This document shows, in pieces, positions 61,501-64,000 of a stretch of DNA of 64,000 nt (position 1 is its first letter; every line of letters begins with the position of its first letter). The notes under the pieces were generated by a model. The model did not search any database. It was not told the origin of the DNA and saw only the letters and a list, made by a program, of their open reading frames with translations. Source of the DNA: a virus. The stretch is taken from IMG/VR virus record IMGVR_UViG_3300030107_007542, positions 32,001-96,000 of that record. One strand, given 5' to 3'. Both the position numbers and the translations under genes were made by a program.

Positions 61501-63998
61501 CCTCCGCTAAATCGGTATGGCCGGCCTAGGGTTCGGTTATTGGAAGACTTGATGGCGTTAAGAAGGACCTGGCGGTCAGCCAAAGCACCAGAAGGCATGC
61601 CTCCGGTGGCATTCAAGACCATGAGTTCAGCGTCACCGCCTCGATCGGCACGGTTTTGCCACCAGGCCAAAGAGCCCGAGTCCTGTTGTGGTCGGGCCCC
61701 GGCGGCCCAAGAAGCCGTGGGAAGGGGGGCGTGGTCATACTTCCAGTTGTTTAGGTTGGAAATATTTGGCATTCCCGTAACGCGCTTTGTCGGGGCTTGC
61801 GCAGATTCAAATCCTGTTCCCTGTGCATCATTGATAATAGAATTAACAGCAATTGGTGTAGCGATAGTTCCAATAGATCCTGTTATATCCGGGTCGGACT
61901 GTGCCAAAAATGGGAACTTGTTCTGATACTTGCTGCGCTCAAGAATGTGGCTCTCAATTAGCGTACGTATATTGGGATCAAAATCAAGAGAAACCGGAGC
62001 GAGTTGACCAAGGAGGACGCCAAGGGTCCCGTCGATCCACTTATAATATTCAAAGAACTTCTCAAAATCTATTTCTTCATTAGAAACACTTTCAAAGAAA
62101 CGCTGACGTAAGAACTTAAGTCCCTTATATTCGCTACGATATCGATTAACCGGAGCGCCGATGAGGGTGTTAAGGTCACTTAAAGTAGCAAAGTAGTTGA
62201 TCATCTGATCAGAGATCGCCTGTTGCATACTCTTCTCAAACGTTAAGAAGTAATTTTGAGGCCTAGATGTGCGTGAGAACTCAACGTCGTCCTGTTGAGA
62301 CAAGACTGTTATCATGTCTGCGGATTCGAGGGATTCAGGCAGATTCTGCTTCGAGGCCACCACATAGTCTTTGTCGAGAACGGTACTGGTGCTAGCCGAG
62401 AAGTTTGAGCCAGAGCCAGGATGCTGGTAGTAAAGAATATTGCCGAGCCAACTATTCTGAGTAGAAGCCTTGGTGGCGGAACCAGAGGACAAGTCAGCAA
62501 CTCTAAATCCACCGTTAGCATCAGAACCAGTATTCTGGTTGAAATCCCAGTTCAGCATGAGTGTATTGATACGCGGGAGATCACCATAACTGGCTGTGGC
62601 CTGGAACGGGAAGGCATACAGTCCCGTGTCTGCCACACCATAATTGGTAGGATCAAGGGCGTGAGCCTTAATTGTCTCCTGACTGAGTTTATCGAGCCAC
62701 AGCCTGCATGCACCAATCTTGGCATCGCAGCGCTGGAGGATGGTGCCTGTCATGTTGGTGCGGTGGGCGCCGACAAAGGCGCGGCGGGAGCCAGTTATGA
62801 AAGCAGCGCCCGGGGCAGTGGCGGTCCCTGTCACATTAAAGCTGTTAACAATCACGCCAGCGTCGACATTTACTCCTTGGAATTCAATATCATAGTTCGC
62901 TATTGGCGCGGTAGGAACATAAGCTGTCCATGGGTAGCGAGAGGGACTAATCTTAACGGCAAAGTTCCATTTATTATCGTTATAAACATCATAAAACATA
63001 GAACTCGTAAGGGTGGGCATTTTGCCACCAGTAGAACTCTTTAAGATAAAAGTAACATTGGGAGATTCTTTTGTTTCGCGAACCGCATAAACTTGGAAGT
63101 TGGTCGCATCATCTGTTGGGAAAACCGTATTTGTCTGGGCATTCTCAGAACCGGGAGTATCACTTATTTGTGTGTTTGTGGCGTGCACACCAAAGAGAGA
63201 ACACGAGATGATGTTTGTATCCTGATAAAAGTCATGACTCTGAGTGAATTTTTCTGGGAACAGGACCTCTGCTTCCATAGTAAAGGCGAACCCGCCGGTT
63301 AAATGAGTACTTGAAGAAATAAAACCATAAGTATTGGTAGTGTCTCCCGGGTCGCGAATCTGATAAACATTAGCATCCATACTGGCATATGAGTTAAAAT
63401 TAGCATACTTCTTACCATAGGATTGGTTGGTTCGATTCGTTGTAAAATCAAACTCAACATTATTGGCATACATGTTAATCTTTATCAGCTCATCATCGAC
63501 ACCAAAGCACCTAATCAAATTTCTAAATGCTTTCTCGGTTCCTTTAGACTTATAAATGTAGCTTAAGTTGTTGTAAATATTCTGATAAATAAGGTTCTTG
63601 ATCTCGGTGAGACTCTTTTCAAAAACTCGGTCCTCGCTCCTGTCGGCCAGCTTTTCGAGCACCGAAGCGTCAACAAATAACTCAGGAGCTACCAAGCCGG
63701 TGGACATAAGCAAGCGTTCCGCAAAGACATTGGCCTTGTCAGAACCACTTACATATTGAATATCCTTTAATTTATTTAATGATTCTATCTGGAGATGCAG
63801 TGTGTCCAGATAGCTGGCCATGATTTGTGTTACATTATGAAGCCCCCCGCCTCGCTCCGTATCTTCTTCTGTTATCCAAGCCGGCAGAGACTTATATATG
63901 GATGCCGCATTGGATGCATCATGATCAGAGCCCGATGTAACAAGCTGTGCGCGAAGGGCGACGACCGCGGGGTCAAAAGAATAGATAATGGGGTCTTC
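52551..63998 (-). CDS. Giant baseplate-wedge / receptor-binding protein with multiple LamG (concanavalin A-like) domains; 5'-partial, >3,815 aa
   Basis: The frame stays open from ATG 63821 to the window edge (EDPIIYSFDP...LPAWITEED...). It carries a wedge-like YIYKSKGTEKAFRNLIRCFG motif and at least three LamG patterns (F.G..DY...FTVS.W...WHHVVVT...IYVDG...AVW.R.LSA.EV..LY). Confidence 0.85.
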   Translation of the reverse strand, partial: EDPIIYSFDPAVVALRAQLVTSGSDHDASNAASIYKSLPAWITEEDTERGGGLHNVTQIMASYLDTLHLQIESLNKLKDIQYVSGSDKANVFAERLLMSTGLVAPELFVDASVLEKLADRSEDRVFEKSLTEIKNLIYQNIYNNLSYIYKSKGTEKAFRNLIRCFGVDDELIKINMYANNVEFDFTTNRTNQSYGKKYANFNSYASMDANVYQIRDPGDTTNTYGFISSSTHLTGGFAFTMEAEVLFPEKFTQSHDFYQDTNIISCSLFGVHATNTQISDTPGSENAQTNTVFPTDDATNFQVYAVRETKESPNVTFILKSSTGGKMPTLTSSMFYDVYNDNKWNFAVKISPSRYPWTAYVPTAPIANYDIEFQGVNVDAGVIVNSFNVTGTATAPGAAFITGSRRAFVGAHRTNMTGTILQRCDAKIGACRLWLDKLSQETIKAHALDPTNYGVADTGLYAFPFQATASYGDLPRINTLMLNWDFNQNTGSDANGGFRVADLSSGSATKASTQNSWLGNILYYQHPGSGSNFSASTSTVLDKDYVVASKQNLPESLESADMITVLSQQDDVEFSRTSRPQNYFLTFEKSMQQAISDQMINYFATLSDLNTLIGAPVNRYRSEYKGLKFLRQRFFESVSNEEIDFEKFFEYYKWIDGTLGVLLGQLAPVSLDFDPNIRTLIESHILERSKYQNKFPFLAQSDPDITGSIGTIATPIAVNSIINDAQGTGFESAQAPTKRVTGMPNISNLNNWKYDHAPLPTASWAAGARPQQDSGSLAWWQNRADRGGDAELMVLNATGGMPSGALADRQVLLNAIKSSNNRTLGRPYRFSGGGSVVLGGVARHPSQRKGVVYEATAPAGPTVGQGTYGAVPSNIMVAKSADVESLISSSDEYFPAQKVRYGFGMGVQSASYEVYERDADGATVAPFSLYSSSISDALSSEMSNFTGSTIITNMHADLASDQTDVPMQGPFTEKFVGGRQHRHIELNQSGSPDSISDPLTMANNFNGLDSRVNRPEGFRVQMGHEFTGSNSGSPWKASSGHLQVVSPQYPELDTAGGTTNLYDRPKANLPRGEHAKRPVNIKNILMTTASLSQSMSGTIDHNRIGNYTKNYEVIQTAGRSQNDPYFREGTFTFAPNPETPATRGRTVLMDPPTKSIYFDGSDDYASFGTAAAWDPIVGGASGNQKPFTVSTWIKPTTAFVNYEYIWTFGVYATGFRRFVYYGTTGKLMCGTGTGNYAYTTSNVVALDTWHHVVVTFAGGATAVPQIYVDGTLASTATANSTPGVALSTYGFTLAANGGGLGAVEGEQYMCDAAVWGRELSAAEVTTLYGEGRRINIVELVGDGLVSWWPLGDGKAILGDAVDTYNGTIHSANSSSWDGTATNLASTAITTDSPMVGGWGPTTNPSGTLDYALPIRTGSNSNQTVIVNRFSAPGGYDVRSQGYMDPAHEEFSVYNALPYRNRTVIDYGIPTSASAPASASIVAPLDQIDHPRGLNQLSTLHCGPFGADSAFGELTLSASQVGNSDGILGDGIVTSASFHKTQRNTKKRLKLARETRSIHFYPDDGDRLSLGAWDSTAWSNLIGGAGSNAKAFSISFWMNEGVLGAGSTGQGIFSDGSSGGNVKRGIYIQNSDNTLRFGIEGTQDGVVKSSGVVAAGSWIHVVCTFAGGDPGGSNTANYMKIYIDGVLDTTVVQQLNSPTDIYTGTTGNIWLGYFANTLNPVAASGQFAGNLSNMGIWNVELSAAEVSRIYNHHQLYDLAKMKIDNLAVWWRFSDSSIWKKPDDGVMNHRDSFNIYNVAPKAAEFFNAGFGCDLIAANGFDGYGTYQSLIPSSPSDWPIITGSVYDNLYEQHGVPNAERNYAWVTASLEADVPFYGFDQQIVPPDGATTAPKISEISAYVERGLTSPSGNYFPGRYPFQGRPSGTYGTADDAATSMNQLWEPNWTSLVTSASVNIAGFAYSPQVMRYANLDTHVLEPPALQENNKSLRISGSGHGISINGPAGGQGPNFLCGAASDWVQYAAPIAYSASATGRGNSVGPNSAWTIATWFKIDYSGSFINAIANTGSTLVAGSGENWPGSGSMDAAYREAMVMTLFSWTKPAGSGVVYTDAPVQLYMWPRVQVGQNNSSSVACWVPELIISGGAGDLSSSTGTSITSSPSKASMWITSSAWNLTTGRGGVFMPNTWYHLAVSYNGTDPSCVLHAGGKDRDYDAIKMYVNGVSMDGKGQVTSGTIFNNSSASQGLTYPAPGGQGSIALGNIGLPTIGYPFLGLINEFQVYNKVLSAPEVGELFERRGNILDNWEPKANLTNWYRMGNGGSRATNQFIEDVVGDAHAINTGTTGSSEVNPASEVISEYRIHTGSTTPGLAAHESSSYRQVWAHPVTGAWAGKYASGSNEYRYISGSRLSDSFVTFNHAMLNLNGPYQHPSWKQVRTGEHPVARALRHANLISIAEPPAMIPQFVEGGTDAINFLRGKSPNATIDYVEQPIDSRYKPFVAAFEDMSENPDRGNDVSLQVSYGNNMGYFSNNGLNNRLDLRPDVRNNQAFNEVQDYIDKTGDADMAVYASYGERVYPRSVNVYQTRVRTRPNYSIENIWNKDRPLRTGKFLNSQGMDDFVPTPQAPTGAVPSYAVDPSEFFFGIGAKLQSVNSLDASPWPLDAPQKYTLITSSIGLANSGSYNSTGYAIQNTASIAQKVSGGLAAIVTGAVPFALFSGEDQLGNGVRSLFQNLIGAGTGSGAGELQNTYSYFFSAGNAATILTVISNSCRPACSYIRPLPETPARVQGGYPYKAAQLVPANHTLMGFHPWVAQYQENLDPYQPYVDYSENLRLAGKDCSIVPEYRISEHLETYLGNETTEPASDGFLAKLGNLLDLTGSSLDSTTKDFYSVYATTDFLELFKVVDDELRGPRGTTEDDNIVRHGTTLQATAFTSFLPYKGFYPAERTVKLASYFSQSMGSFLPGTRSAPSFAINGGVESPAATPNQTLSRILLEPLFSPGILFNTIKSGLAVGNYIIRNTASNPGDLKQGEYCDSYDFDQLGALGIAAKRPGSQVYGAAAASASAWEAAGDATNNQHWAPLEGYSEFNFNSSASYQSSSVNSASFACLNVGHSSSAGIKAWMPIRFRQVAADTYNTIYTAATGSRFGYYLQKIPFEAIRRPQDYMSAKALSSGSEVVPPPSWSAGVLVNTASAAAAEPEGGLGAGWLYDTGVSMSSSIAASVRGVNSSVFSFSGEGTNGYDGSGSIVDVVSYGTLGNQSQNKIRWDGNVVNPMYELAIDNFLCETVNFFQDGLTSYVSKEEDAFRPVQKNKYYGMRVLLERSSDDIGNPTFGMYSRASAFGTPLALSGSRGSGITFAHLTPPYYNGLAYADIVFQAPYNDRPTLQDIVSTADVVYSRRIENNLQLSSSTNLSASCIGYVTGSDLKRDYDYVQMQLSASVNIFDKILAIPEGTSQQKVQWVVQTKFETPMFDFYDTPCLPHPTSSIVGGGAAAPIDVTSSTAPFQIRGMWHQYGRVPEPDKGVFLGIEDLPKKYHSEKHGAIEVESLRQVVGFGNSRSKRVGELSTSKTVREAVLVVPFRSVRGEREFIRLPRTIHLQRSAEFAQRARESGRTASVNYWEEQLSRYNRQIEILERYIVPPTLDFLINRSVRPVFFDAFEFTQTFSKKDLQNMWQNLPPESIQKMQKQSSTVNISDFFTDRIFGTGDIQWLVFKVKQRATKDYDILSKRGLTKDRPLVPASIESPYSFNWPYDYFSLVELLKIDENVEYVSKGLDTAPWEDPPPAPRLAASPGSDPTGQSRFVGDYTEAEATAILNDLNNNQED

Positions 63999-64000
63999 AA

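Noticed and set aside
1-64000. Alternative genetic code, introns, inteins, homing endonucleases, tRNAs, IS elements
   Set aside because: Core genes (TerL, portal, MCP, sheath, primase) are intact and of expected size in the standard code, all three stop codons are used as stops, and I saw no such motifs or cloverleafs.

Overview
The window is a 64 kb segment of a large T4-superfamily myovirus genome, probably an uncultured jumbo-type phage. Almost all genes are on the minus strand. In transcription order: a giant LamG-containing baseplate protein (>3,800 aa, open at the right edge); several baseplate and unknown structural genes; RuvC-like resolvase; primase; small proteins sharing an N-terminal leader; a single-chain Mre11-Rad50 (SbcD-SbcC) fusion; a lone plus-strand J-domain gene; a putative holin/spanin cassette; a tail fibre with an S74 chaperone; TerL; portal; head-associated genes; prohead protease; candidate internal/ejection proteins; ribosomal protein bS21; three more fibre genes (one fused to a gp14-like neck domain); scaffold; major capsid protein; neck and tail-terminator proteins; sheath; tube; a gp26-like chaperone; and the 5' end of the tape measure gene (open at the left edge). 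I saw no tRNA, CRISPR array, intron, intein, IS element or DGR. Most notable observations: (1) a start-less gp51-like ORF reachable only by a +1/-2 shift at a U7 run (a G/GT-like frameshift); (2) a family of interchangeable N-terminal leaders ending in (I/L)-x-E, suggesting a capsid cargo-loading system, plus a 645-aa cargo with hydrophobic segments and a scaffold-like C-terminus; (3) an [S/T]-[G/A/S]-[S/T] motif pervading outer virion proteins but not the enzymes, a possible virion modification sequon; (4) a recurring ACTATTTA(T/A)T promoter-like motif placed right after terminators; (5) a structured leader with an anti-SD element before a fibre gene. All product calls come from motif recognition by eye; no database searches were run.
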